Source: a virus. Taken from it: DNA of 64,000 bases. Location: the IMG/VR virus record IMGVR_UViG_3300020198_000009, positions 16,430-80,429 of that record. The stretch is one strand, 5' to 3'. The notes beneath the pieces were generated by a model. The model saw only the letters and a list, made by a program, of their open reading frames with translations, was not told the origin of the DNA and ran no database searches. The position numbers and the translations under genes are program-made. Positions 1 to 9,766 of this stretch are shown here, piece after piece; the first letter of the stretch is position 1; every line of letters starts with the position of its first letter.

Positions 1-1
1 G

Positions 2-610
2 CCCTCCGGCCATGCGGGGACCCTGTGGGGCCGCGTGTTCCGGGAAAACCAGATGGAATCCCTAACGGACTACCTATCCTTCATCCTCACCGGCCTCCTG
101 GTCGGCGACGACGAGACGGCGTACGCGACTCGCAAGACGAGGCGCGGAGGCTACACGCTGTGGCCGAACGCCTTTTTCGCGCGCAACTGGGGGTATCTGG
201 TCAACGAAATCCTAGCCAGCCACGCCGGCAACTCGACATCGGTCGGCCACAAGTTGCTGGGCATGTTGTCGAAATGGGGCATCCGGGATACCGATCTAGG
301 TGCCGCACGGGCCTCTCATACCGTCAGGCCCGGCACGCGCATCATCCTGGTCGAGGAACTCCCGGCCACCACTCTGGTAGAAGATCCCGGAGGCCGGGGC
401 CTGGTTGCAGCCGGCGGCACCATGTACCTCGACCAGAACGGCGACCCGGGCCGCGGACCCGACAAGCTTGGCGCCGGTACTGATAGTTACGACCTGCCTT
501 ACGGCCTGGTCGATCTGCCCCAGGAAATGATCGAGACAATCGCAGACACGGATGTCGAGACCTTCGCGGTACTGGCGGCCTTCGCCAAGCCCGGGGAGGG
601 AATCGCCTGA
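2..610 (+). CDS. Hypothetical (probably tail/baseplate-associated) protein, 5'-truncated by the window edge
   Basis: Frame is open from position 2 to the TGA at 608-610, which overlaps the next ATG; lies in the structural-gene context. Confidence 0.5.
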   Translation, partial: PSGHAGTLWGRVFRENQMESLTDYLSFILTGLLVGDDETAYATRKTRRGGYTLWPNAFFARNWGYLVNEILASHAGNSTSVGHKLLGMLSKWGIRDTDLGAARASHTVRPGTRIILVEELPATTLVEDPGGRGLVAAGGTMYLDQNGDPGRGPDKLGAGTDSYDLPYGLVDLPQEMIETIADTDVETFAVLAAFAKPGEGIA

Positions 611-1194
611 TGCCAATCGTCAAGGGCACGGAACTCGTTGCCTGGCTCAGCACTGACCAGACGCGCAGGAAGCTGGCCGACGCCATCGAGAATGCGCTCA
701 AGCCGGAAACCGACCTCACCGGCTCGCAGGACCTGTTCTTGCCGGGCGGCTTCCTGCCGAATCCCGCATACAACAAGAACTACGGCAACCCAATCCTGAC
801 GCGCCCGGATCCGCTGAGGCACATCGACGAACGAACCGGTCGGGCTGTCGAAGCCGGCAAGGCGGATGAACAACGCCCGCATGCCGCCGCCGATCTGACG
901 ACCGCCCTGCTGGACACCCTTAAAACCGCGTTGACGACGTTCGCACAAGAGACCGAGGTGCAGTTCAACGCCCTGGAGAACAGACACAACGAACTAGAGG
1001 CCAGACACAACGCCCTGCGCGCGGAGCACGACGCCCTCAAGGTGGCGTTCGACGAATTGGCCGCGAGACACGGCGGGCATGTCCATACCTCGCTGGTCAT
1101 CGACTGGCCCGGCGGCTTGCCGGTCCCGCACATTATCACGCCACTCGATATCTTGTGCCTGTTCCCGACCTCGCCACCGGTCGCTGCCGACTAA
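610..1194 (+). CDS. Hypothetical virion protein with coiled coil and C-terminal His-rich motif (possible spike/fibre-like trimer)
   Basis: Heptad segment FNALENRHNELEARHNALRAEHDALK followed by HGGHVH; TGATG coupling to the upstream gene. Confidence 0.45.
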   Translation: MPIVKGTELVAWLSTDQTRRKLADAIENALKPETDLTGSQDLFLPGGFLPNPAYNKNYGNPILTRPDPLRHIDERTGRAVEAGKADEQRPHAAADLTTALLDTLKTALTTFAQETEVQFNALENRHNELEARHNALRAEHDALKVAFDELAARHGGHVHTSLVIDWPGGLPVPHIITPLDILCLFPTSPPVAAD

Positions 1195-1196
1195 CG

Positions 1197-3608
1197 ATGG
1201 CGTTTCGTTTCGCCCTCAAGGGGACGCTCAAGCAAGCGTTCCCTGGCTTCGCGCCCGTGGTCAACATCCTCGAACTGATCGCTGTACCGCTCGCGGCAAT
1301 CGGCAGTGTCGCCGGTGCCGCAATCGCCGTCGTGGACACGGTTCTGGCCGTCGTTGGCTTCATCCTGAAATTGGCTCTTGCCCTGGTCTCGGGAGCCGGT
1401 GACGCCCTGGCCGGCATGCGCACGCCCATCACGGCGCTCGCCGACGAGATCTTCCGGCTCAAGGACATGGCCGCCAACGGTGCGGTCAGCCAGTACAAGT
1501 TCGAGGGTCCCATTACCAGACTGACCGCCGAGCTGCGTCACTTCTTCCAGAAGGGCATTCCCAACTCCCGCGGCACCCCGGCGCAACCCATCAGGGCCAT
1601 GATGGTAATTGCAACGGCCCGCGCATCCTTCCAAGGACTTGGCGGACTGCTCGGCAGCCAGAAGGCCCAAGGCAAGATGATCATCCGCGCACCGCTGGGA
1701 ATGACCATGGTCTTCCCCAAGGGCGCCACCTTCACCCGCGGAACCGGCGGCAACCTCCGGAAATACCGGCTGGTCAACGAGAATGCCGCACCGCTCAAAT
1801 TCGATCCGATCGGCAAGCAGATCAGAATCGACGCGGACGATATGCTGGAACTGATGGACCAGCGCGCCGTCGCAGCCGGATCCGTTCGGCTCACCGTGCA
1901 TCAGAAGAGGGATCTGTACTTCGATCCGGCCTGGTACCTGAAGACCGATCGCCAGGTAGGTCAAGCCCGTGCCGGTGCCCGGGTGGACTTTGCCTTCGAG
2001 CAGGCACCGTTCGCCAGGCCAGCGGGAGAGATGGCGCATCCCGCCTTTGGCGCCTTTCATCGGATTCCCGCTGAAACCTTGCTTGACAACCCCGAGGCCG
2101 CCGGACAGTTCTACGTCGACCTGCCGGTACGCGCCGGACGCCCGGGTGCCAAGTACAACTTCCCGATCGGCACTGGCACCGTCCTGCAAGAAAGCAAGGT
2201 AGGCACCCCACGGCTCGCCAGGCCGTCGACCGTCAAGGCACGCGGCAAGGCGCAAATCATCCTGAACCGCCATACGGATGTCCACCTACACAAATGGCGA
2301 ACGCTCCTGTTCAGCGGGGAGCAGATCTACCGCCTGGAAGCCCCAGAGTACGACGATGGGTTCATTGCGCCCGGATCGGCGCTCACCGAGATCCTCACGG
2401 CTTCGGGGGCGCGTTACGGCCTGGAAGTCGACATCGTCGCCACGCAGCCGGGCGCGAGCGCCAATCGCGCGGCTGGGGCCATGTTCAGCCATATCGACAT
2501 CACACCGGTCCAGGAGGCGCGCGTGCTGGCCATCGTCGCCAGCTCCCCCATCGCGGGCGGCCAGGACGTTCCGGTCCCCGGCTTCGAGGAGGGCAACGCG
2601 ATCTCCTGGGGCCTGCTGGGCCTGGCGGGCGGAATGGATCCCGAATACCCGGAGGCCTTCATCGAGCTGGATATCGTCGCCTTCAGCGACAACCCGGAAA
2701 TCCCCGACACCGACGAGAGTTTCAATTGCCCCAAGGGTGCCGAGTTCCGGTTCGGGTCGTCCTCGGAGCTGATCAAGATGGAAGCCTCTACCGATATCGG
2801 CGGGGGAAGGCCGGCGCTGGCCAACAAGCCAAGCCCGCCCGTCGAGGGGACGGACTACGGCTGGGACCCGGCAAGGAAGCCCCCGCCGAGCAACCCGAGC
2901 TCCGCGGCGCAGCACGCGGCGATCGGCGACCTGCTCGGCCAGCTCGAATGGACCGAGGCGCGACTCCTGCTGCCGGGGCGTACCTGGATTTACCCGGATC
3001 AGCCGATTTCCGGCCTCGATCGCATCGAGGCCGACATCGTCCTGGGTAAGCTCCGGACCTACCTCAGGAAGGCACCGCGCAAGCCGTCGGAGCCGGATCT
3101 CATCCCGGTACCCAGGGCCAGCCAACCCCAGGCCTTCAAGATGGACTTCGAGGGTCGGGTGGCCATGGGGGTAGCCTTCTCGTTCCTGAACGCAGCCGTA
3201 TCCGTACTCGACAACCTCCGTGGCTTCATGGACGAGGCTGTAACGATGCTGGCCGCCTGGGTCAACAAGATGCTGAACTTCAAGATCCAGATAGAGCGAG
3301 TCATCTGGGGCTTCGACCAACTGAGGGCCGAAGTGCTCTTCACGGTCGCCCTGGCCTCCTGGCACCTGGAGCAGGTCAACTTCTTCCTGGGCTTCTCGAC
3401 CGGCCTGTTCGAGCTGGGCGACTACTGGATCTTCAAATACGAGGGTCCGGCCTGCGATTTCGCGGACGACGCGGAATTCCTGCTTGGCAACGGCCTGCCC
3501 GATGATCCCGAGGGCGCCGCGCAAAAGGTCTTCGGCAAGATCATCGTGGCGGAGGACAAGGCCAGCTGGGCCATCATCTCGGCCCTGGTGGTAGGGGGCG
3601 ATGCCTGA
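1197..3608 (+). CDS. Putative baseplate-associated protein with repeated Baseplate-J-like beta modules
   Basis: Repeated segments VRAGRPGAKYN / IVATQPGASAN ... PIAGGQD resemble baseplate J inserts; ATG at 1197 follows the upstream stop. Confidence 0.45.
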   Translation: MAFRFALKGTLKQAFPGFAPVVNILELIAVPLAAIGSVAGAAIAVVDTVLAVVGFILKLALALVSGAGDALAGMRTPITALADEIFRLKDMAANGAVSQYKFEGPITRLTAELRHFFQKGIPNSRGTPAQPIRAMMVIATARASFQGLGGLLGSQKAQGKMIIRAPLGMTMVFPKGATFTRGTGGNLRKYRLVNENAAPLKFDPIGKQIRIDADDMLELMDQRAVAAGSVRLTVHQKRDLYFDPAWYLKTDRQVGQARAGARVDFAFEQAPFARPAGEMAHPAFGAFHRIPAETLLDNPEAAGQFYVDLPVRAGRPGAKYNFPIGTGTVLQESKVGTPRLARPSTVKARGKAQIILNRHTDVHLHKWRTLLFSGEQIYRLEAPEYDDGFIAPGSALTEILTASGARYGLEVDIVATQPGASANRAAGAMFSHIDITPVQEARVLAIVASSPIAGGQDVPVPGFEEGNAISWGLLGLAGGMDPEYPEAFIELDIVAFSDNPEIPDTDESFNCPKGAEFRFGSSSELIKMEASTDIGGGRPALANKPSPPVEGTDYGWDPARKPPPSNPSSAAQHAAIGDLLGQLEWTEARLLLPGRTWIYPDQPISGLDRIEADIVLGKLRTYLRKAPRKPSEPDLIPVPRASQPQAFKMDFEGRVAMGVAFSFLNAAVSVLDNLRGFMDEAVTMLAAWVNKMLNFKIQIERVIWGFDQLRAEVLFTVALASWHLEQVNFFLGFSTGLFELGDYWIFKYEGPACDFADDAEFLLGNGLPDDPEGAAQKVFGKIIVAEDKASWAIISALVVGGDA

Positions 3609-5077
3609 TGCCCGGTGTCAAGCCGTTCTGGATGAGCAGCGAGCTCGGTCGACTGGAAATCGAGAACGCCCCGATCGGCGGCCTGGCCACCGCGATCGAG
3701 AAGAAGGTGGCCGAAGCCGCCAAGCCGCTCAAGCTCGACCAGGCCAAATTGGCGGACATCCTGGAACGGGCGGGCGCCTGGTATGACGCCCAGGTCGACA
3801 ACACCGCGCAGCCAATCGTCGACCTGCTCGACGCCAGCGCAGGGTACCTCGACGACACCTGGACGACGGGGATTCACCTGTTCCTACCCTACCCGGACTA
3901 CGGCGGCTTCGGCTATCTCCGCTCGGCCCTGCTCGAAGCCATGGATCGCCAGACGGATCCGAACCGACCGCTGTTCAGCGACGACCTGTACGCCGGCGGA
4001 ATCCTCCTGGTCTTTGCCGGCAGCGAGCTTACCGTACTGTCGGCCATGGCCGCCGTCGCATCCCTTTATGGCGGCAGTCCGCAGGTAATCATGGAGGTCA
4101 TCGGCGAACTCCTGCTCACCAGCGCCCCCATGGCCAAGCTCGCGGACGGCTTCATCGAACTGGCCAACACCCCGGCACAGCTCTGGTCCCAGGGCACCAG
4201 GGCGCTCGATGGCTGGTATCGGGGCTCGGTGATCTCGAAGATCGCATCAGGCGGCTTCCCGGCGGATTTGCTAGCCGCGGCGACAGCCCCGCCCGATCCG
4301 GTCACTCCGTCCCAGCTCCAGGAAGGCCGAACGGCCAACGTCACCCTGCGGGGCAAATTTCCGCCCAACCTGGTGCTGTTCTATGGCAATACCGGCTTGC
4401 GACCCTATTCGCAGGACACCGAACGCATCGAGATTTCGGTGCCGGGTCGACTCATCAAGGCCGGCAGGGGGCAGTTCATCGGGCGAACGCTTGACGGGGC
4501 GGGCAACCTTTCCCAGGAACGCGTCCTGCTCGGCGAAGTGAGCGTCTCGCCAAAGAACCCGTACGATGCCCTGCCAGATCCTGGCGATGACAAGGTCTTC
4601 GATTTCTGGCGGGCCATGTCGGTCGGGACGGCCGTCGGAAGCGCCTTCCCGGGATCGATCAGCTTGGTCAGGATGGCCGTCAATGCCATCGATCAAGCCG
4701 GCCAGGCCCTCACTGAAACCGGAAACATGGTCAAGAGCTCCGTACGGTCCATCGGCCAGGCGGCAAACGGCATCACGGGCAAAGTCAATTCCTTGATCGA
4801 CCAGGTCCCGCCCGCAGCGGCCAGCCTGGTCTCGAATCTGGGCACCGCGGCAGCCGCCACCCTGATCATTCCACCCGAGAAGGGCGGTATCCACCAACTG
4901 GGCTTCGCGCTCGGGCAGGGATTGTCCGACCACGCCCTCAACGCCCCGGACATCAGCGAATCCGATGTGGTCGGGGCGGTATTCCTGTGCGCGGGCGCCG
5001 CGACGACCGAAGAGGTCTACCGGGCCATGCGGCAGTTCGGCCAATCGTTCGGCATCACCGCGCTCGCCAACCTTTAG
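3608..5077 (+). CDS. Putative baseplate/tail protein with an Ig-like (IPT/TIG-like) central segment
   Basis: 489-aa ORF coupled by TGATG; VTPSQLQEGRTANVTLRGKF...ISVP resembles IPT/TIG. Confidence 0.4.
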   Translation: MPGVKPFWMSSELGRLEIENAPIGGLATAIEKKVAEAAKPLKLDQAKLADILERAGAWYDAQVDNTAQPIVDLLDASAGYLDDTWTTGIHLFLPYPDYGGFGYLRSALLEAMDRQTDPNRPLFSDDLYAGGILLVFAGSELTVLSAMAAVASLYGGSPQVIMEVIGELLLTSAPMAKLADGFIELANTPAQLWSQGTRALDGWYRGSVISKIASGGFPADLLAAATAPPDPVTPSQLQEGRTANVTLRGKFPPNLVLFYGNTGLRPYSQDTERIEISVPGRLIKAGRGQFIGRTLDGAGNLSQERVLLGEVSVSPKNPYDALPDPGDDKVFDFWRAMSVGTAVGSAFPGSISLVRMAVNAIDQAGQALTETGNMVKSSVRSIGQAANGITGKVNSLIDQVPPAAASLVSNLGTAAAATLIIPPEKGGIHQLGFALGQGLSDHALNAPDISESDVVGAVFLCAGAATTEEVYRAMRQFGQSFGITALANL

Positions 5078-5090
5078 GAGGGAACGACCC

Positions 5091-5480
5091 ATGGAGACCA
5101 TCACGCAGCGGGACATCGTCGAGAAGCTCACCCGCAAGGACAAGCCCCTGATTGGGCCGACCACCCAGTTCGTCCTGATCCGGCCGGACGCGAACTTCCC
5201 CTCGCCACGCGACGGCTTGCTCACCGTGCAAATCAACCAGAGCGAATCGGCCAAGACCACGCGCTTCGAAACCGACGGCCAATGGACCGACGGCGTGGCC
5301 GTCAGCTGGAGTGACGGCTGGACCAAGCAGCGTACCGTCGCCGACTGGTCCTACGTGGTCATCGAAAACGCCGTCAAACAGCAGGATGGCCGCAAGCTCG
5401 TGCAGACCTGCTACGCCAACGACAAGCCCCTGCTGCTGGCGTTGCGCGAAGCGGTAGGACTCCCACGAAGTCTGCGGTAG
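5091..5480 (+). CDS. Hypothetical protein
   Basis: AGGAGG Shine-Dalgarno upstream of ATG 5091; typical codon usage. Confidence 0.6.
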   Translation: METITQRDIVEKLTRKDKPLIGPTTQFVLIRPDANFPSPRDGLLTVQINQSESAKTTRFETDGQWTDGVAVSWSDGWTKQRTVADWSYVVIENAVKQQDGRKLVQTCYANDKPLLLALREAVGLPRSLR

Positions 5481-5501
5481 GACCCACCCGCCCGCCGCGA
5501 G

Positions 5502-5511
5502 CCTATAATTT
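5502..5511 (+). promoter_or_regulatory. Putative late promoter -10 element (CCTATAATTT)
   Basis: One of 7 YCTATAATYY copies, all upstream of structural genes. Confidence 0.55.
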
Positions 5512-5549
5512 CCATGGAGGGCGCCCGGGCGTCCCACTTGGAGAGCTGC

Positions 5550-6680
5550 ATGGCGATCGACTTCTACGACGACACGACCGGCGACATCCTGCGCCTCATC
5601 CTGGAAGAAAAGGGCGCCGCAGTCATTCCTGACTACGTGCGCGGCGACGACGCGCTGTATCCGGCCGAGGAGATCCGGCAATCCAAGGTCGCCTTCGCCT
5701 GGCCAGAGCGTAAGAAGTTCGCCCTCGACACCCGCGGGGACGTCTGGTTCTCGTGCATGTACTTCGAGAAGACCGCCAGCCGCATCCCGTTCCAGCACCG
5801 CGAAGCCATCAGGGAGCGCATCGCCAAGGCTGCCGATCTTTTCGGGGTCGAACTACCGGCCGAGGAAGTCAAGGTCGCCATGATTCCCGACGAGGCATTC
5901 CTGGTGGTCCATCAGGTGGCCGGCGGCCACGAACTGGCCAAACGCGCCCACGACGCCATCGAGCATGACGACCAGACCGTGACGCTGCGCCTGTACCCCG
6001 TCCACGACCGCGAGCATGCCGAGAAGTCCGCCATATGGTTCCCGCGCGACCTCTCGGGCGAGCTGGCAGGCTACCGCAAGAAAGTCGCCAACGGCCTGAT
6101 GCAGGCCTGCGAACGATTCGCCCTCAACGCGCCCCTGGTCCTGGTCGACGAACTGGCGCCCATCAAACTCTCGACCCTGCTCTCGCACATCGAGGGGCGC
6201 ATCAACATCCTGGCCGAGCAGGATCGCCGTGCCCAGAAGGCCGCGCGCTACACCGCGGGCGCCCAGGCGCGCGGCGTGACCTTGCCATACCCGATGCCCG
6301 ATCAGCCGGCCGATCAGCGGCTGGCGGCCGGCTACCGGGAGCTCTTCAAGCAGGCGCAAGCCGACCCGCTACCGGCCGGGTTCTGGGAAGCCTTCTGGCG
6401 CCTGGACAAGCTCGCCGGCTTCGACCTGCGCCCCGACGTGATGCCGGTAAGCGCCCTCGATCGGCCCATCTGCGACGACCAGCGCGTCAAGCTCTGCAAG
6501 GTGGCCGGCACCTTCCTGCCCATCAGCCAGGTCATCGACAAGGTTCCGGGCGAGACCTGGTCGGACATCGCCCCGGGGCTGGCCGGCAACCTCGCGGACC
6601 GGGCCAAGGTCGCCTCGGTCGTCGAGAGCCTCGACGACACGAGCCAGCGCATCATCCTCGCCAAGGTCCGGGGGTTCTAG
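5550..6680 (+). CDS. Putative head/virion structural protein with multiple K-x-A motifs
   Basis: GGAGAG upstream of ATG; KVA, KTA, KRA, KQA and KLA motifs; two similar repeats (KKFALDT..., RLYPVHD...); upstream of the portal. Confidence 0.55.
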   Translation: MAIDFYDDTTGDILRLILEEKGAAVIPDYVRGDDALYPAEEIRQSKVAFAWPERKKFALDTRGDVWFSCMYFEKTASRIPFQHREAIRERIAKAADLFGVELPAEEVKVAMIPDEAFLVVHQVAGGHELAKRAHDAIEHDDQTVTLRLYPVHDREHAEKSAIWFPRDLSGELAGYRKKVANGLMQACERFALNAPLVLVDELAPIKLSTLLSHIEGRINILAEQDRRAQKAARYTAGAQARGVTLPYPMPDQPADQRLAAGYRELFKQAQADPLPAGFWEAFWRLDKLAGFDLRPDVMPVSALDRPICDDQRVKLCKVAGTFLPISQVIDKVPGETWSDIAPGLAGNLADRAKVASVVESLDDTSQRIILAKVRGF

Positions 6681-6685
6681 TCGCC

Positions 6686-7444
6686 ATGGCGGATCCCCGC
6701 CAGGATGCCCCGCCGCCGACCGAGCGCGAGCGGCAGATTCGCCTGGTGGTCGGCACGCTCAACAACCTGGCCAACGCGGCAGAAGGCCGCAACCCGCGGC
6801 GGGCGCTCGAACGCGCGGTGTCCAAGTCGCTGGCGATGGCCACCGATCGCCATATCAAGCAGGAAGTCGAGGAAATCACCAAGGACGCCAATCTACCGGA
6901 CGATGCCCTGGCGATTGCCACGCGCATCGAGGGCACCCTGGGGTCGGACTGGGTCGACTTCGAACCAGAGACTCTCGTCGAGGCCGGCTTCTCACTCCAG
7001 GAGGCCGGCCTGGCCCTGTGCGCCAAGCTCGTGCTCTATTCCTGGGCGCCCTTTGCCTACTGGCATGTCTTCGAGAAGATAGCCGTAGCGCTCGCCGGGC
7101 GCCACCCGGACTTCACCCTCCCCCAGGAGCTGACCCTCGAAGAGCTGGCCTGGGCCGTCGACGTCATCCGCCTCATCGATCCGGCCACACCGTTCTCGGA
7201 TGAAATCAATAGCTACGTCGCGTGCGTGGCCATCAACCAGGGCTGGGCGGTCCTGCCGGACGCCCTGGGCTTCGCCGGATCGGCCCTGCGGCGCTTCCAG
7301 AGCGATCATGGCCGCCAGGTCGCCGACCAGGTCCGGCGAGGCGAGGAGACCGACGTGGCCGAAATCCAACGCGAGCGGCTCGGGGTGCTGGACCGATACC
7401 TGATAGAGCGCCATAAGCGCCTGGCAGCGGCGCTGGTGACCTAG
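6686..7444 (+). CDS. Hypothetical virion protein
   Basis: ATG 6686 just after the upstream stop; ends next to the portal start. Confidence 0.55.
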   Translation: MADPRQDAPPPTERERQIRLVVGTLNNLANAAEGRNPRRALERAVSKSLAMATDRHIKQEVEEITKDANLPDDALAIATRIEGTLGSDWVDFEPETLVEAGFSLQEAGLALCAKLVLYSWAPFAYWHVFEKIAVALAGRHPDFTLPQELTLEELAWAVDVIRLIDPATPFSDEINSYVACVAINQGWAVLPDALGFAGSALRRFQSDHGRQVADQVRRGEETDVAEIQRERLGVLDRYLIERHKRLAAALVT

Positions 7445-7445
7445 C

Positions 7446-9560
7446 ATGTGGCCCGAGAGCACCCGCGGCGACACCTGGGAGAGCACGGCGCTCTTCTCGC
7501 GCTCGGCCTTCCAGCGAACCATGCTGGCCGAGAGCCAGTTCCAGATGTTCGAGCTGCTCAATCTGCCGCGCTCGCTGAAGGACGGCTTCCGCTGGGCTCA
7601 CTACGCGTTCTCGACCAACGACACGGTCAACCCGGCCATCGAGAAGCTGGCCGAGTACCCCATCACCGAGTGGTTGTTCACACCCGAGCTCGACATCGAT
7701 CCCACCGACAAGAACTACCAGCAGAACCTCAAGAGCCGCGAGGCGGCCGTCAAGAGCTGGCGTGAACTGTTCAACATCCAGATCCAGGCTAAAACCTTCG
7801 CCATCAGTCGCGCGATGGATTTCCTGCTCTACGGCAACAGTTTCGTCAGCGTCTACCAGCCATTTGATCGCATCCTGGTCTGCGGCCGCAAGGGCTGCCG
7901 CGAGCAGGTCCTGATCCAGAAGGCCGACTACGAGTGGGACAGGGCTCGACTGGAATTCAAGCTCAAGTGCAAGAAATGCAGTCATCGCGGCTTTGCCAAG
8001 GTCATCGACCGGCCGGTACGCGACTGGCGGCGCATCAATCTCATCCACTTCTATCCGGGCAACATCGACATCGACTTCGATCCCTACTCGGGCGAGCGGC
8101 AATACTACTACCACATCCCCCAGGAAGAGGCCGACAAGCTGCGCGAGGGTAACAAGCTCAAGCTCCAGTTCACGCCCTGGGAAATCATCCAAGCCGTCAA
8201 GATTGGCGGGCGTGGGCGCTCGGCCAGCCCCAAGATCCGGTTGCACAAGCACAACGTCTTCCACCTGGTCCGCCAGGGGCCGTCGCGGCCCGGAACCGAG
8301 AGCCCCTGGGGGGCCTCGACGGTCACGCCGGTGTTGCGCAGCCTCCTGTACCTGAACATGATGCGCCGGGCGCAGACCAGTTTGCTCATGGATCATGTCA
8401 TCCCCTTCCGCTGGATCTTCCCGGCGCACGATACCGGCCCGCAGAGCACCATCGGGGCCGTGGACCTGGGGTCGTGGTCCCGGCGCATGAAGGGCGAGAT
8501 CGAGAAGTGGAAGCGCGATCCGCTCTACATCATGATCGCGCCGGTCGCCGTCGGACAGGGACAGATGGGCGGAGACGGCAAGGCGCTGATGCTCTTCCCG
8601 GAGATGGACCAGGTCAGGCTCGACATCACCAGCGGCCTCAACGTCCCCCAAGAGTTCATTCGTGGCGGTTTGCAGTACACCGGCAGCTCGGTTTCCCTGC
8701 GCATGCTCGAAAACAGCCTCCTGAACATGGTCGAGCAGGTCGAGAAGTGCTTCAACTGGGTGGCCGGCCGCATCAGCCAGATAACCGGCCTGGCCGCCAT
8801 GAACGTCTCGCTCAAGCGCTTCAAGATGGCCGACGACGTCCAGATGCGCCAGCTCGCCGTGACGATGTGGCAATTGCGGGCGATCTCCGGCCAGGCGCTG
8901 GGGCAGATCATGGACTTCGACTACCTGTCCGAGATGCGCCAGCGCAATGCCGAGGACGTCGACGCGGCCGTCGCGACCGCCCGGGCCCAGGCCGAGGCTG
9001 CCGCCAAGCTCATGAGTCTCCAATTCCTGCTCCAGAACATCCTGCCCCCCGAGGCCCAGGCGACGGTCAACCAGGCCGACCCCATGGCCGTCGATCAGGT
9101 CTACCAGGGCATCCGCCAGATGAAGCCCATGGACCAGGCCTTCGCTATCGGCCAGATAGTCCAGCAGAACCCCGAGATGGCCCGCATGCTCCAACAAAAA
9201 GCCATGTCCGACACCGGTAACTGGGCGTCGCAGTTCCAGGCCCTGGCTGCGATGAACCCCCAGCAGCAGCAGGACTACATGGCCCAGCTCAAGGCAAACA
9301 GTCCCATCATGGCCATGCTGATGGCCAACCTGGCCCGGCAGTTCGGCCTCGACAACCTCATCGGCGGCCAGGATCCCACCGGAGCCAAGGCCCAAGCCCA
9401 ACCCGGCCAGCCGGCCATGCTACCCTCGGTGCAGGCCCAGCTGATGCCGCAAGGCCCCGCCTTACCGCCGGGGATGGGCGGACCACCGGCCACGCCAGGA
9501 GTCGAACCGCCCATGCCAGAGCAGAAGCCGCCGCGCCGCCAGGGCGGCAGCCCCATGTAG
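7446..9560 (+). CDS. Portal protein
   Basis: 704 aa; NPAIEKLAEYPI, LLYGNSFVS and ITSGLNVPQEFIRGG segments match portal architecture; Q/M/P-rich C-terminal tail. Confidence 0.7.
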   Translation: MWPESTRGDTWESTALFSRSAFQRTMLAESQFQMFELLNLPRSLKDGFRWAHYAFSTNDTVNPAIEKLAEYPITEWLFTPELDIDPTDKNYQQNLKSREAAVKSWRELFNIQIQAKTFAISRAMDFLLYGNSFVSVYQPFDRILVCGRKGCREQVLIQKADYEWDRARLEFKLKCKKCSHRGFAKVIDRPVRDWRRINLIHFYPGNIDIDFDPYSGERQYYYHIPQEEADKLREGNKLKLQFTPWEIIQAVKIGGRGRSASPKIRLHKHNVFHLVRQGPSRPGTESPWGASTVTPVLRSLLYLNMMRRAQTSLLMDHVIPFRWIFPAHDTGPQSTIGAVDLGSWSRRMKGEIEKWKRDPLYIMIAPVAVGQGQMGGDGKALMLFPEMDQVRLDITSGLNVPQEFIRGGLQYTGSSVSLRMLENSLLNMVEQVEKCFNWVAGRISQITGLAAMNVSLKRFKMADDVQMRQLAVTMWQLRAISGQALGQIMDFDYLSEMRQRNAEDVDAAVATARAQAEAAAKLMSLQFLLQNILPPEAQATVNQADPMAVDQVYQGIRQMKPMDQAFAIGQIVQQNPEMARMLQQKAMSDTGNWASQFQALAAMNPQQQQDYMAQLKANSPIMAMLMANLARQFGLDNLIGGQDPTGAKAQAQPGQPAMLPSVQAQLMPQGPALPPGMGGPPATPGVEPPMPEQKPPRRQGGSPM

Positions 9561-9563
9561 CGC

Positions 9564-9752
9564 GTGGGCCGCAAGAACCGCTTCAAGGCCGCAACCAGTT
9601 TATCCCGGGAACCTTCCCCCGCCTGCCAACACCTCTGGCAGACACACCAAACCATCAACGGCACCAAGTACCAGTACTGCACGAAGAATTGCGGGGAATG
9701 GCGCTGGGTCCACACGCTCGATCCGCTTGAGGATGAGCCGGACTCCTGCTAG
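9564..9752 (+). CDS. Small Cys/His-containing hypothetical protein
   Basis: CQHLW...YCTKNCG zinc-ribbon-like pattern fills the gap. Confidence 0.4.
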   Translation: MGRKNRFKAATSLSREPSPACQHLWQTHQTINGTKYQYCTKNCGEWRWVHTLDPLEDEPDSC

Positions 9753-9754
9753 AC

Positions 9755-9765
9755 TGGTAGGACCA
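9755..9765. promoter_or_regulatory. TGGT-N3-ACCA operator-like palindrome (TGGTAGGACCA)
   Basis: Directly after TGCTAGACT (extended -10-like) and before the MTase start; motif recurs at 12 positions. Confidence 0.5.
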
Positions 9766-9766
9766 A

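Noticed and set aside
7233-9401. Long antisense and alternative-frame ORFs (for example 7233-9401, 22040-23608, 44714-46969, 55033-56706)
   Set aside because: Shadow ORFs expected in high-GC DNA opposite real genes; no motifs
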